Shown one piece after another: positions 25,641-38,435 of a DNA stretch of 64,000 bases. The notes under the pieces were generated by a model. It made no database searches. It was not told the DNA's origin and saw only the letters and a program-made list of their open reading frames with translations. Location: the NCBI RefSeq assembly GCF_963921235.1, contig NC_086118.1, positions 24,616,001-24,680,000 on the forward strand. The letters run 5' to 3'. Within the stretch, counting starts at the first letter, position 1. Each line of letters starts with the position of its first letter. The stretch is from Mobula hypostoma. Its lineage: Eukaryota. Made by a program: the position numbers and the translations under genes.

Positions 25641-26244
25641 GAAGCTTAGCACACAGAGTGGAGGATGAATTTCTACCTCATTACATCAATATGGCTTATC
25701 AGTCTCAATCAATGTTTTCAGAGCTGAATCATTACCTTTGTTTCTCTCATCCTGCGTATTCTACTGAGTACTTCCAATACCAACTGCTTTCATTTCAGAT
25801 TTCAGCACCTCTTGGTCCTTTTCATATATGAGATTTATTGTAATATTATCAAAATTATGTCCCTACTATATGATATGCTGAAAAAGGGATATGTTCTGGA
25901 AAAAATAGGTTGTTAATAGAAGATTTTGTTTTTACTTAAGCATTGCTGGTAGAATCAGGAAATGGTCAATCTGTATTTGCTTATGCTGAAGATTTCCTAT
26001 TCTTGCTAAACGCTACTGGAACACCGTCAGAGCAAAATCTATCATTGGTTTCTAGTTTTAAGCCTGTATGAGAGTATTGGTTACTCATTCTACTTACTTC
26101 TGATGCTCCTTTGAATTTGACACAAGCAAACGTCAGGAGGTGAATGTAAATAACTCCATAATGCTGAGATATTGTTCTTACCCTCTGGTGTTTTACATAA
26201 TCAGCCGAGTAGCTCCCTGCATTAATTTAGTTTTATTTCACATA

Positions 26245-27295
26245 GTCATAGTCATACTTTATTGATCCCGGGGGAATTGGTTTTCGTTACAGTTGCACCA
26301 TAAATAATAAATAGTAATAGAACAATAAATAATTAAATAGTAATATTACAAAATAAGTCCAGGACCAGCCTATTGGCTCAGGGTGTCTGCCCCTCCAAGG
26401 GAGGAGTTGTAAAGTTTGATGGCCATAGGCAGGAATGACTTCCTATGACGCTCTGTGTTGCATCTCGGTGAAATGAGTCTCTGGCTGAATATACTCCTGT
26501 GCCCAACCAGTACATTATGTAGTGGATGGGAGACATTGTACAAGATGGCATGCAACTTGGACAGCATCCTCTTTTCAAACACCACCTTCAGAGAGAGTCC
26601 AGTTCCATCCCCACAACATCACTGGCCTTACAAATGAGTTTGTTGATTCTGTTGGTGTCTGCTACCCTCAGCCTGCTGCCCCAGCACACAACAGCAAACA
26701 TGATAACACTGGCCACCACAGACTCGTAGAACATCCTCAGCATCGTCTGGCAGATGATAAAAGACCTCAGTCTCCTCAGGAAATAGAGACGGCTCTGATT
26801 CTTCTTGTAGACAGCCTCAGTGTTCTTTGACCAGTCCAGTTTATTGTCAATTCGTATCCCCAGGTATTTCTAATCCTCCACCATGTCCACACTGACCCCC
26901 TGGATGGAAACAGGCGTCACCGGTACCTTAGTTCTCCTCAGGTCTACCACCAGCTCCTTAGTCTTTTTCACATTAAGCTGCAGATAATCCTGCCCACACC
27001 ATGTGACAAAGTTTCCTACCGTAGCCCTGTACTCAGCCTCATCTCCCTTGCTGATGCATCCAACTATGGCAGAGTCATCTGAAAACTTCTGAAAATGACA
27101 GACTCTGTGCAGTAGTTGAAGTCCGAGATGTAAATGGTGAAGAGAAAGGGAGACAAGACAGTCCCCTGTGGAGCCCCAGTGCTGCTGATCACTCTGTCGG
27201 ACACACAGCGTTGCAAGCACACGTACTGTGGTCTGCCAGTCAGGTAATCAAGAATCCATGATACCAGGGAAGCATCCACCTGCATCGCTGTCAGC
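26245..27295 (-). mobile_element. Rex1/Babar-type LINE, 5'-truncated
   Basis: Encodes WILDYLTGRPQYV...STGAPQGTVLSPFLFTIY, KFSDDSAIVG and LNVKKTKELVVD. (CTATGA)n tail. Possible TSD TTCACATA at 26237-26244 and 27296-27303. Confidence 0.88.
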
Positions 27296-28489
27296 TTCAC
27301 ATATATTGCTAAACATAGAATAATAGAAAACTGGAAAATTTTTGGCACGTAAGACAGGCAGTGAGCCCATTTGGAAAGTACCGGTCAAAAAAAGTCTTCC
27401 CCGTCCCAGATTGTGGAACGGGCAAGAAGAAGACATTAGCTAATATAATATCCCACATGATGTAGAAGTAGGTTATTCAGTCCGTCGAGCCTGTGCCAGC
27501 TCACAATTCAATCCTTTTCCCCTGGTAATTTCCCTGTAGCCTTATTCCCCACATTCCCATGAACTCCCAAGATCTACCACTCACCTGCACTGTAGGGGCT
27601 GTGTGCTTTGGCTGATAGGCCCACTAGTTTAGTACATCACCCTCCTGGGAAATTGTCCAGTACGGAGCTGGGTTCATTCCCTGGGAAGTTGGTGCATTTG
27701 TACAGAAATCAAATCTAGATTTATTTGTTTTGAGTTTTAATCTACTGGTCATGCAACCTAAATGGATTTTTACCAGCAGCATTAATAAACCGCTTGGAGG
27801 CACAATTTCTGTTCACTGCCCCTCTTTGGCACTTGTTATCATGTCATGCTCAACTTTCCCCCACTATCTTGCAGTTGTCTTCATTACTAGGAATAACATC
27901 CCTGCCCTTCTTAAGTAGAGCATCATGGTGTCTGTTACACTTACCTGGGGTCTTAGTTTAACGTTGTAGCTAAAGGACAACACTCCTGACAGTGCGGTAC
28001 TCCCCAGCATGTGCATTTGAATTGAAATGTAAATGTCAGTCAAGTATCAATCTATCAGTTACACTGCGACTAAAGAATGAGGTAAGATTGAAGTTGCAGT
28101 TGCCCCTTTACTGTTAATTTTCCCCTTTTTTTTTTGAGTCCACTGAGATCATGTTGATCAGTTTCAGTGGTGTTTAGTTTACCCTCCACAGATGCTGTAT
28201 GACCTGTTGAGTTTTTCCAATGCTTTCTGTTTTATTTTGGACTTCTCTCTGCTGATAATCAGTGCTCCCAGAGAATATCACCATGACGCAGAGTCAAAAA
28301 CAATCCTGAAAAGTGTATTAACCTTTGAATCAGAACAAATTTGCTTCTGAGAAATAAAAATTTCAACATGTCAGAATAGATGCATTCCGGTATTTCCAGC
28401 CATTCTCCAACACAGGTAAAGCACTGGAAAACAAGGACACAAGAAATATAAGCAAGGAGCACTTCTTTCTGAGCCTGTTTCACCATTCA

Positions 28490-29100
28490 TGCCTCTGGAG
28501 AATGTGAGAAGGAAGATTCATTTCTTTGGTGTTGATTCTCTGTGGTCTGGGGAGAGTCTTCATCTGAATAAAGCATCCCTTCCTTACGTTTTGATTTCCC
28601 TGAGATGCAGGGGAGGGAGTGGACATTTTGGTTGGGCCCTGTTTCTTCTGTATTTAGAGGATGAAGGATGAGGTGGGTCTCATGTTGCGTGCTCAGTTTC
28701 ATGCTCTTCTTCATGACATCGATGGGGCCTTTGATGTTCTCTCTGTCTTGGAAGGAGTATCTTGGTCTAAGACTTTCTTCAGCAGAGAAAGCTGGTGGAG
28801 CGAAAGCTTGTAGCTTATTCTTAATGTCAAGTCATCTAGGTTGTGGCAGGCAGTGTCCAAGGAACTTGTCTTGTTTGCCAAGAGGCTAGTGTTAGAGAAC
28901 ACTGTGAATACGATTGACCTGAGGAATAAGGTTAGTTTGATGATTTTGTTACTAACTCTACGTGCACTTGGGAAAAGGGGAGAACCTTGTGCCGGCATCT
29001 CGTTGCCCTTGTGTAGGAATGAGCAGTAATCCTGATACCACCATGTGGGTGCATCAATTCTCATCAACAACCTGAACTCGTTCATGAATCAGGTATGGAT
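28490..29100 (+). mobile_element. Possible highly decayed L1/Tx1-like ORF2 remnant
   Basis: Compositionally distinct block with only vague, broken resemblance to Tx1 C-terminal motifs. No clean domain is visible. Confidence 0.25.
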
Positions 29101-29690
29101 TAAGGATTATTTCAAACATGGTGCAGATGTTTTCACTAGGGTGAAGGGGAAACATTAAAATAAACTAGGTCCCAGTCTATCTTTTCTATCTATTTTTAAA
29201 TTGCATCTCTTTGATATTCCTTAATATCCTGTGACTGTTGTGTCTATAATAAATAACACCTTGTAAAGCAATGGCATCCTGAGATGTCATGAGACTCAAT
29301 CAACTGGGATATTGAGTCACATGGTTCAATGCCCTAGAATATCCTATCCTTCCTTCAACCTCGTCTCAACAATCTACAAACTGTAATGAGATAACATCCA
29401 GGTTACCTGTTTTTACTAATTTTAGTTGAGTGATAAATGTTTGTCAAATACTTACAAAAGCTCATCCTTTGCATCTACTTGAGGTTGGGGGGTGGTGGTA
29501 AATTTCAGCTGACTGTCTGAAAGTTACAACTTCCAACACATACAGCACCCCCTCCTTACACCGGTTATTGAAGAGTTGGGCCCATATTATCTGAATCTTA
29601 GGACAAGAGCACCTTCATAGAACCAGTAGTGACCTAATAACTGACCTTAGCAATGTTATAGTTCTAATGCCTAAAATATTAATTTAAACT

Positions 29691-30012
29691 GTGTGGGCAC
29701 GTGGCCAAGTGGTTAAGGCATTGGACTAGTGACCTGAAGGTCATGAGTTCGAGCCGCAGCCAAGGGAACGTGTTGTGTCCTTGAGCAAGGCACTTAATCA
29801 CACATTGCTCTGCGACGACACTGGTGCCAAGCTGTATGGGTCCTAATACCCTTCCCTTGGACAACATTGGTCTTGTGGAGAGGGGAGACTTGCAGCATGG
29901 GCAACTGCTGGTCTTCCATACAACCTTGCCCAGGCCTGTGCCCTGGAGAGTGAAGACTTTCCAGGCATAGATCCATGGTCTCCGCAAGACTAATGGATGC
30001 CTTTATCATTAT
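29691..30012 (+). mobile_element. tRNA-derived CORE-like SINE
   Basis: A-box TGGCCAAGTGG, B-box GAGTTCGAGCC, CORE-like TGTGTCCTTGAGCAAGGCACTTAA. 14-bp TSD TATTAATTTAAACT at 29677-29690 and 30013-30026. Second copy at 41490. Confidence 0.88.
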
Positions 30013-30060
30013 TATTAATTTAAACTAAAAATGAATCATAAAGCACAAGGGAACAGAAGC

Positions 30061-30507
30061 AACACACACAAAAAATGTTGGTGAACGCAGCAGGCCAGGC
30101 AGCATCTATAGGAAGAGGTACAGTCGACGTTTCGGGCCGAGACCCTTCGTCAGGACTAACTGAAAGAAGAGATAGTAAGAGATTTGAAAGTGGGAGGGGG
30201 AGGGGGAGATCCCGAATGATAGGAGAAGACAGGAGGGGGAGGGATGGAGCTAAGAGCTGGTAAGTTGATTGGCAAAAGGGATACAAGGCTGGAGAAGGGA
30301 GGCGATCATGGGACGGGAGGCCTAGGGAGAAAGAAAGGGGGAGGGGAGCCCAAAGGATGGAGAGTAGGCAAGGAGTTATAGTGAGAGGGACAGAGGAAGA
30401 AAAAAGAGAGAGAGAGAAAAAAAGGGGAAAACAATTATTAATAAATAGATAGATAGATAGATAGATAAATAAGGGATGGGGTATGAAGGGGGAGGAAGGG
30501 CATTAAC
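30061..30507 (-). mobile_element. Solo Penelope pLTR inserted into a CR1 tail
   Basis: Homologous to 20207-20610. 11-bp TSD GGAACAGAAGC at 30050-30060 and 30508-30518. Confidence 0.85.
30122..30157 (-). ncRNA. Minimal hammerhead ribozyme motif (best-preserved copy)
   Basis: Minus strand reads AGUC-CUGACGA-A-GGG-UCUCGG-CCC-GAAA-CGUC-GACU, with all pairings intact. Confidence 0.8.
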
Positions 30508-30518
30508 GGAACAGAAGC

Positions 30519-31420
30519 TAACCCTTTGGCCCACCTAGTCCATGCCAAGCTGTCAATCTGCCAATTCCAGTCTGCACCTGGACCAGAGCCCTTCATACCC
30601 CCCCAACTATACACCTATTGAAACTTCCCTTAAATATGGCAATGAAACCCACATCCACCACTTCTGCTGACAGCTCATTCCACGCTCACAACTGCTTCCG
30701 AGTGAAGAGCTATCTCCTCTGCTTCCGAGTGAAGAGATATCTCCTCAAGTTCCCTGAAGTATTTCACCTTTAACCTTTAACCTATGACCTCTTGTTCTAG
30801 TCTCATCGAAACTCAGTGGAAAAAGCCAGCTTGAACTAACCCTGTCTACTTCATTACTTCACATACCACAATCAAATCTCCCCTCATTCTCCTATGCTCC
30901 AGGTGATAAAGTCCTAACCTGTTCAAATTTTCCCTATATGTAATTCAGGACCTCAAGTCCTGTACCAACCTTGTAAATTTTCTCTGCGCACTTTCAGTCT
31001 TACTGATACCTTTCCTTTGGGTAGCTAACAAGAACTGCACACAATATTCCAAATTTGGCCTCACCAACATCTTATACAGCTTCAGCATCACATCCCAACT
31101 CCTGTACTCAATAGTTCAATTCATGACAGCAAATGTGCCGAAAGCTCTCTTTACAACCCAATCTACCTATGCCACCACTTTCAAGAAAATATTGATCAGT
31201 TTTCTCAGATCCTTCTGTTCTACCTCACTCCCCAGTGCTCAGCGGTTCACTGTTTCGTCCTCCTTTAGATTGTCCTCCCAAAGAGCAACAACTCAAACTT
31301 GTCTCCATTAAATTCCACATGCCATTTTCAGCCTATTTGTTTAGCTGGTGCACAATCTGCTGCAAGCTTTGATAACCTTCCTCACTACACCTCCAATCTC
31401 GGTATCATTCACAACAAAGA
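30519..31420 (-). mobile_element. CR1 LINE fragment
   Basis: Antisense of the CR1 3' region seen in sense at 3300-4150 and 32385-33245. Confidence 0.75.
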
Positions 31421-32021
31421 AATTCGAAAACTGTGCAGGTTTCCTGAAGACGTGTATTCCTCTTCTTCGCCACCCTGCATCCTGCTGTATAACATTATCT
31501 AAGCAATCCAAGATGCCCCATTGGAAGATTTGTGTCTTTAATTAGCCTGCCATTATTCATATGAGTCAGGTAAGGTATGTTTTTCCATTGTGAATGCTTT
31601 ATTCATGAATAAACTATATCACTTCAACTAACAGTGTCTGTGCCTTGCACAGTTAAGGCAAGAAATATCTTAGCAGACCAACCAAAACCTGAACCTAGAG
31701 TATGAAGAGATATGACAGCTAATGAATGTTACAATAGTTAATGGGGCCACTAGTTACAAGGGGCGACGTGAAGGACCAAAAAGAGTGAATGAAATGAAGC
31801 AATTTGGGGAGGGCTCTGTACCCAAAATAAATTATAAATCCAGCTTAATTTTTTACTGTTTGTAAAGTTTATTGAGAAGATGTTATTTGTACCTTTCAGT
31901 TCTTTGTCAAAAGCAGCGCTTTGTATAAGAATTTTTCATATTACCTTCTTTGTTATCTTTCAGCATTAACTCAGAAATAATTGCAACCAACATTACAGAA
32001 TAACTGTCAGTAGATATTATT

Positions 32022-32260
32022 CTTCTTTCTTTTCAAATCTTTTTATTGCTATATTATACAAAAGAAATAACACAAGTACATTGAAGTAACAACGCTTACA
32101 ATGCCTCAAAAAAGACATTATCTTAAAGATTGAAAAAAAAAATTGTGATAACAAAAAAAACCTACTAAGCAGAAAAAGTGGGGGGAAAAAACCCATTAGG
32201 TGTACAACCCTGGAGCCATGCGTCATACAAAAAGCTTCCAAAAATAAACATCAAACCGCC
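32022..32260 (-). mobile_element. Short retroposed 3' end (L1-like) with AATAAA and A/G-rich tail
   Basis: 11-bp TSD TAGATATTATT at 32011-32021 and 32261-32271. Minus strand ends AATAAAAAGATTTGAAAAGAAAGAAG. Confidence 0.7.
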
Positions 32261-32384
32261 TAGATATTATTATTTCTTTTCAAAATACCCTGAATAATGA
32301 TGTTCTTTTTGCCTTCTTTGCTTCTCTATTCACAATTTTGCTCCTGAATATTCTGGACTCTCATTTTGAGGTTATTGTTGAAAA

Positions 32385-33245
32385 ACAATACAAGGTTTTG
32401 CACTTCAGAAGGACCAACCAGGGTAGGTCTTACACAGTGAACGATAGGTCACTGAGGAGTGTGGTAGAACAAAGGGATTTGGGAATGCACGTCCATAATT
32501 CATTGAAAGTGGTGTCAGGGGTAGATAGGGGTAAAGAAAGCTTTTGGTACATTGGCCTTCATAAATTAAAGTATTGAGAATATGAGTTGGGATGCCATAT
32601 CGAAGTTGTATAAGACATTGGTGAGGCCTAATTTGTGGAATTGTGTCCAGTTTTGGTCACCTACCTACACGAAAGATGTAAATAAGTTTGAAAGAGTGCA
32701 GAGAAAATTTACAAGGATGTTGCCAGGTCCGGAGAACCTGAGTTGTAAGGAAAGATTGAATAGGTTAGAACTTTAGTAAGGAAAGATTGAATAGCTTAAG
32801 ACTTTATTAAGGGAAGATTGAATAGGTTAAGACTTTATTCCTTGGAATGGATGTAGAAAATTGAGAGGAGATTTGATAGAGGTATAAAATTATGAAAGGT
32901 ATAGATAGGATAAATGCAAGCAGGCTTTTTCCACTGAGGTTGGGTGGGACTACAACCAAAGGTCATGGGTTAAGGATGAAAGGTGAGAAGTTTAAGGGGA
33001 ACAAGAGGGGAAATTTCTTCATTCAGAGGGTCGTGCGAGTGTGGGATGAGCTCCCAGCGCAAGTGGTGCATGCAAGCTCTATTTCAACATTTAAGAGAAG
33101 TTTGACTGGTACATGGATGGTAGGGGTGTGGAGGGCTATGGTCCCGGTGTAGGTGGATGGGAGGAGACAGTTTAAATGCTTTGTCTTGGACTAGATGGGC
33201 AAAGGGCCTGTTTCAGTGCTGCACTTTTCTATGAATCTGTAACTC
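32385..33245 (+). mobile_element. CR1 LINE 3' fragment
   Basis: Encodes VLHFRRTNQ, LYKTLVRPNL..CVQFWSP, ERVQRKFTRMLPG and FFIQRVVRVW. Internal ~31-bp triplication at ~32745-32840. Confidence 0.88.
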
Positions 33246-33747
33246 TAAAAGAGAATTGACTAGATCTGACCTGTAAATCAATTTGGTGTACTTGTAAATT
33301 GCGACTATTTCCAAATTTTAAACCTTTAACTGAAGAGAACTGTCATCCTTCATCCTTATCATGATAACAAAGATACCATTTGACAATTTCAGTTTAAAAA
33401 CTAAGCAATTACCACCAAATAGATTTCTCAGTCTTGCTTTCAGTCTACTTTGCCATGTTAACTTCATAGCAGGTGTCTTTATTTTCATGACTAATCTCTT
33501 CCAATGGGTGTAACAAGTAACTGAAACTCTAAAACAAAACATGCTTAATGTTTTGGAATTCATTTACATCTGGTCTGCTAAAACGTTGCACTGATTTCTG
33601 CAGTCAAGATGTCACGTCCCTCTGAAAAAAATTACGAACTTGATTAGAAAGACATTTGGAACAGTAGCAGGATAATTTCTGCCTACAATTAAACACTCAG
33701 ATGAAATCCATAGTTCCACTCAGGTCTGCACTCAGTTTAAATAGATA

Positions 33748-34884
33748 CAGTCGCATGCAAAAGTTTGGGCACCCCAGTCAAAATTTCTGTTACTGTGAAT
33801 AGCTAAGCAGTAAAAGATGAACTGATTTCCAAAAGGCATAAAGTTAAAGATGACTCATTTCTTTAATATTTTAATCAAGAAAACTATTTTATTTCCATCT
33901 TTTACAGTTTCGAAATAACAAAAAAGGTAAAGGGCCCAAAGCGAAAGTTTGGGCACTCTGCATGTTCAGTAAAACCCCCTTTGGCAAATATCACAGCTTG
34001 TAAATGCTTTCTGTAGCCAGTTAACGCCAAAAGGTTCTATTCAAAAGGTTCAAAGGAACACCTAAGCAAGCCTGATGCATTTTGGAAGCAAGTCCTGTGG
34101 ACTGATGAAGTTAAAATAGAACTTTTTGGCCGCAATGAGAAAAGGTATGTTTGGAGAAAAAAGGGTGCAGAATTTCATTGAAAGACCCCCTTTCCAACTG
34201 TTAAGCACGGGGGTGGATCGATCATGCTTTGGGCTTGTGTTGCAGCCAGTGGCACGGGGAACATTTACTGGTAGAGGGAAGAATGAATTCAATTAAATAC
34301 CAGCAAATTCTGGAAGCAAACATCACACCGCCTGTAAAAAAGCCAAAGGTGATAAGAGGATGGCTTCTACAACAGGATAATGATCCTAAACACACCTCAA
34401 AATCCACAAGGGACTACCTCAAGAGGCGCAAGCTGAAGGTTTTGCCATGGCCCTCACAGTTCCCTGACCTAAACATCATCGAGAATCTGTGGATAGACCT
34501 CAAAAGAGCAGTGCATGCAAGACGACCCAAGAATCTCACAGAGCTAGAAGCCTTTTGCAAGGAAGAATGGGTGAAAATCCCCTAAACAAGAATTGACTCT
34601 TAGCTGGCTACAGAAAGCATTTACAAGCTGTGAAACTTGCCAAAGGGGGTGTTACTAAGTACTGCCATGCAGAGTGCCCAAACTTCTGCTTCGGGCCCTT
34701 TTCCTTTTTTGTTATTTTGAAACTGTAAAAGATGGAAATAAAGAAGTTTTCTTGCTTAAAGTGTTAAAGACATGTGTCATCTTTAACTTTTATGTCTTTT
34801 GGAAATCAGGTCATCTTTTACTTGCTTAGCTATTCACAGTAACAGAAATTTTGACCGGGGTGCCCAAACTTTTGCATGCCACTG
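33748..34884 (+). mobile_element. Tc1 (IR/DR, DD34E) transposon derivative with two right ends
   Basis: TA at 33746-33747 and 34885-34886. Termini CAGT(C/G)GCATGCAAAAGTTTGGGCACCCC. Transposase remnant WTDEVKIELFG...QQDNDPKH...PDLNIIENLW. Arms at 33748-34024 and 34600-34884. Confidence 0.93.
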
Positions 34885-35996
34885 TAGATAATTTATTGAT
34901 CCCAAAGGAAATCACAGTGTCACAGTAGCATTACAAGTGAACAGATATACAAGAGAAGTAAGAAAGAATTTTAAAAATTACCTTATAAAGAAGATGTACA
35001 AGATTTACATGTCAAAGGTATCTGTGGTAGCAGAATGTTTAATGCTTAGTGCAGATGAAGACACCTTTGCTGTGCAGTAACCATTGAGGATCATCACCCC
35101 CGAAAAGCACACTTGCCATGGCAACGACACACACTCTAACTGCCAATGGAATGAGAAAGAGACAGAGGGGAGCTGAAGAATGATTTAGAAAGAGGGGCAG
35201 AGAATTGCTGATGTATAGAGTGACCCTGTGCACTGGGGGCAGAAGACCATCATTCGAACAGCTGGCAGAAGATGGCTACAGTTGTCTCTTCCACAGATAT
35301 GAATCCAGATGATGGAGCAATGCAGACAGAGTTTTTTTTGACAAAGGAAAAAGACTACTGTCTTACTCATCACATTCACCAAAACACGCACATATTAACA
35401 GTCGCATAATTAAACACACACACACCTTTGCATACACAAGCTAATACCCACCCAAGCCACCCTACATTATATGAACTCCCACCCTCACTTTGTAAGGTCT
35501 TGGAAATCTCATTTGTCAGTTCTGTTGAAGGGTCTTTAACGCGAAACATCAGCTCAGGTTTCCTCTCCTCTAATGCTGCTTGACATTTTTTAACTCTGAA
35601 TTGCCAACTTAAAATAAGCTGATTTAGAATGTGTATGATAAACTCATTGTCAGTTATTTCAGTAAGTTAAATAAAAGTAAAATTATAATAATACAAAAGT
35701 GTGTCCTCTGCTTCCACTTTCCCATAATTTCCTTTTTCTGAATTTAGGAATTTGATTGTATAATGTGTTTAAGGCATTCTAAAAAATTCATGTTGAATTC
35801 CTGACTGTATAATTTAACATAATCATTGACCTTTTTTACTTAAAACAGGTTAATGACTGTGTTAAATATGAATTCTATATGAACACGCATATCCGTCAGT
35901 CAGTTCAAGTGAGCAGGGTACATGTTGAATTAACTATGCCTTAAGTGTGATAGTAATATTTGCATATAAAAAAGACAATTTTATTTTGAAACTTAC

Positions 35997-36031
35997 CCAT
36001 TGAAAGGATAAAGACCAAACGTTTGCTTCAA
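35997..36031 (-). other. Candidate 35-nt micro-exon
   Basis: Minus strand has acceptor GTTTCCTTTCTGCAG and donor GG|GTAAGT. Two frames are open (LKQTFGLYPFNG or EANVWSLSFQW). Confidence 0.3.
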
Positions 36032-36647
36032 CTGCAGAAAGGAAACTTTCTCCTTAATTAACAAGATGAAATAATTATGAAATTAATAGTAGAGAGACTG
36101 AGATACACCTGTAAATTGGACTGAGTGAACCCATTGACAAATTAGATACAAAAAGAGATGTAAAGAGAAGGAGAAAAGGGTGGGATTAATGGCAATAAAG
36201 AGAAACGAAAGGAAAGGGTCATTTTATATGGAGGGAAAAATGGGGAAAGACCAAACTCTGCTCACAAAAGAGATTTTCAAAAGCAATTGAATTAAGATAA
36301 TCCAAATGAAAGGTTATTTCACACTTTTAAACATATCTAAAAATAGTTAAAAACCAAGGAAATATGACAGCAGATTTAAACTGGTTCACTTCTGCTGCTT
36401 CTAGGCACATTTGCAGAAAGTGTGACAAACTGCATTGACATTTATGACGTCGGGCAGCTAGGTAGCTTATGGCTCTCATTCCTGCTACAGCAAGCTCAAC
36501 AAATTTCATGACATATGCCAGAGGTATTAAACCTGATTCTGATTCTGATTCTGAAAACTGACTAAAACTTAATACTGAGAGAGAGCCAGTGATCTGTGAA
36601 TGTGCAAGCTAAGTGAGGAAAAGGACAGAGGAAGAGTTCTGGTGTCA

Positions 36648-38435
36648 AAATCAGAATCAGGTTTATTATCACCGGCATGTGTCATGAAATTGTTAACTTA
36701 GCAGCAGCAGTTCAATGCAATACATAATATAGAAGAAGAAAGAGAATAAAAATAATGATAATAAATAAATTACAGTATACGTATAATGAATAGATTAAAT
36801 ATCCTGCAAAAGCAGAAATGATATATATTAAAGAGTGATCACAGGATCAATGTCCATTTAGGAATCAGGTGGCAGAGGAGAGGAAGCTGTTCCTGAATCA
36901 CTGAGTGTGTCCCTTCAGGCTTCTGTACCTCCTACTTGATGGTAACAGTGAGAAAAGGGCATGCCCTGGGTGCTGGAGGTCTTTAGTAATGGACGCTGCC
37001 TTTCTGAGACACCACTCCTTGAAGATGTCCTGGGTACTTTGTAGTCTAGTGCCCAGGATGGAGCTAACTAGATTTACAACCCTCTGCAGCTTCTTTCGGT
37101 CCTGTGCAGTAGCTCCCCCTATACCAGACAGTGATGCAGCCTGGCAGAATGCTCTCTGTGGTAAATCTATAGAAGTTTTTGAGAGTATTTGTTGACATGC
37201 CAAATCTCTTCAAACTCCTAATGAAGTATAGCCACTGTCTTGCTTTCTTTTTAACTACATTGATATGTTGGGACCAGGTTAGATCCTCAGAGATCTTGAC
37301 ACACAAGAACTTGAAACTGCTCACTCTTTCCACTTCTGATCCCTCTATGAGGATTGGTATGTGTTCCTTCATCTTACCCTTCCTGGGGTCCATAATCAGC
37401 TTTTTCGTCTTACTGATGTTGAGTGCCAGGTTGTTGCTGTGGCACCACTCCACTAGTTGGCATATCTCACTCCTGCACGCCCTCTTGTCACCACCTGAGA
37501 TTCTACCAACAATGGTTGTATCATCAGCAAATTTATAGATGGTATTTGAGCTATGCCTAGCCACACAGTCATGGGTACAGAGAGAGTAGAGCAGTGGGCT
37601 AAGCACACACCCCTGAGGTGCACCAGTGTTAATCGTCAGCAAGGAGGAGGTATTATCACCAATCCACACAGATCGTGGTCTTCCAGTTAGGAAGTTGAGG
37701 ATCCATTTGCAGAGGGAGGTTAGAGACACAGGCTCTTCAACTTCTCAATCAGGATTGTGAGAATGATGGTGTTAAATGCTGAGCTATAGCCAATGAACAG
37801 CATCCTGACATAGGTGTTTGTGTTGTCAACGTGGTCTGAAGCTGTGTGGAGAGCCATTGAGATTGCATCTGCTATTGACTTATTGTGGCGATAGGCAAAT
37901 TACAACGGGTCTAGGTCTTTGCTGAGGCAGGAGGTCAGTCCAGTCATAACCAACCTCTCAAAGCATTTTATCACTGTCAACGTGAGTGCTACCGGGCGAT
38001 AGTTATTAAGGCCGCTCACATTATTCTTCTTAGGCACTGGTATAATTGTTGCCTTTTTGAAGCAAGTGGGAACTTCTGCCCATAGCAGTGAGAGGTTGAA
38101 AATGTCCTTGAATATGCCCACCAGTTGGCTGGCATAAGTTTTCCGAGCCTTACCAGGTACTCTGACAGACCTTCTGCCTTGTGAGGGTTCACTCTCTTTA
38201 AAGACAGCCTAACATTGGCCTCTGAGGAAGAGATCACAGGGTCACCGGATGCCATAGGGATCTTCACAGCTGTAGTTATATTCTCGCTAGCAAAGCGGGC
38301 ATAGGAGGCGTTGAGTTCATCTGGTAGTGAAGCATCACTGCCATTCATGCTATTGGGTTTCGCTTTGTAGGAAGCAATGTCTTGCAAACCTCTCCAGAGT
38401 TGTTCTACATCCAATGTTGCCTCCAACCTCATTCG
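36648..38435 (-). mobile_element. Rex1/Babar-type LINE (RT region to 3' tail)
   Basis: Encodes LPDELNASYARF, IIPVPKK...NYRPVALT...[23 protein letters not shown] and [10 protein letters not shown]. (GATTCT)n tail. Confidence 0.92.

Noticed and set aside
28487..29085. Host coding exon from overlapping short ORFs
   Set aside because: There are stops in all frames and no convincing splice boundaries. It is more likely a decayed retroelement.
29695..29765. tRNA gene (also at 41490-41560)
   Set aside because: The A/B boxes are the head of a ~310-bp SINE with a CORE-like body, tail and TSD. No complete cloverleaf acceptor stem is evident.
37064..37729. Host enzyme gene (such ORFs are often mis-annotated, e.g. 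as AlkB-like)
   Set aside because: The motifs [10 protein letters not shown] and FADD identify a Rex1/Babar reverse transcriptase with multiple disruptions.
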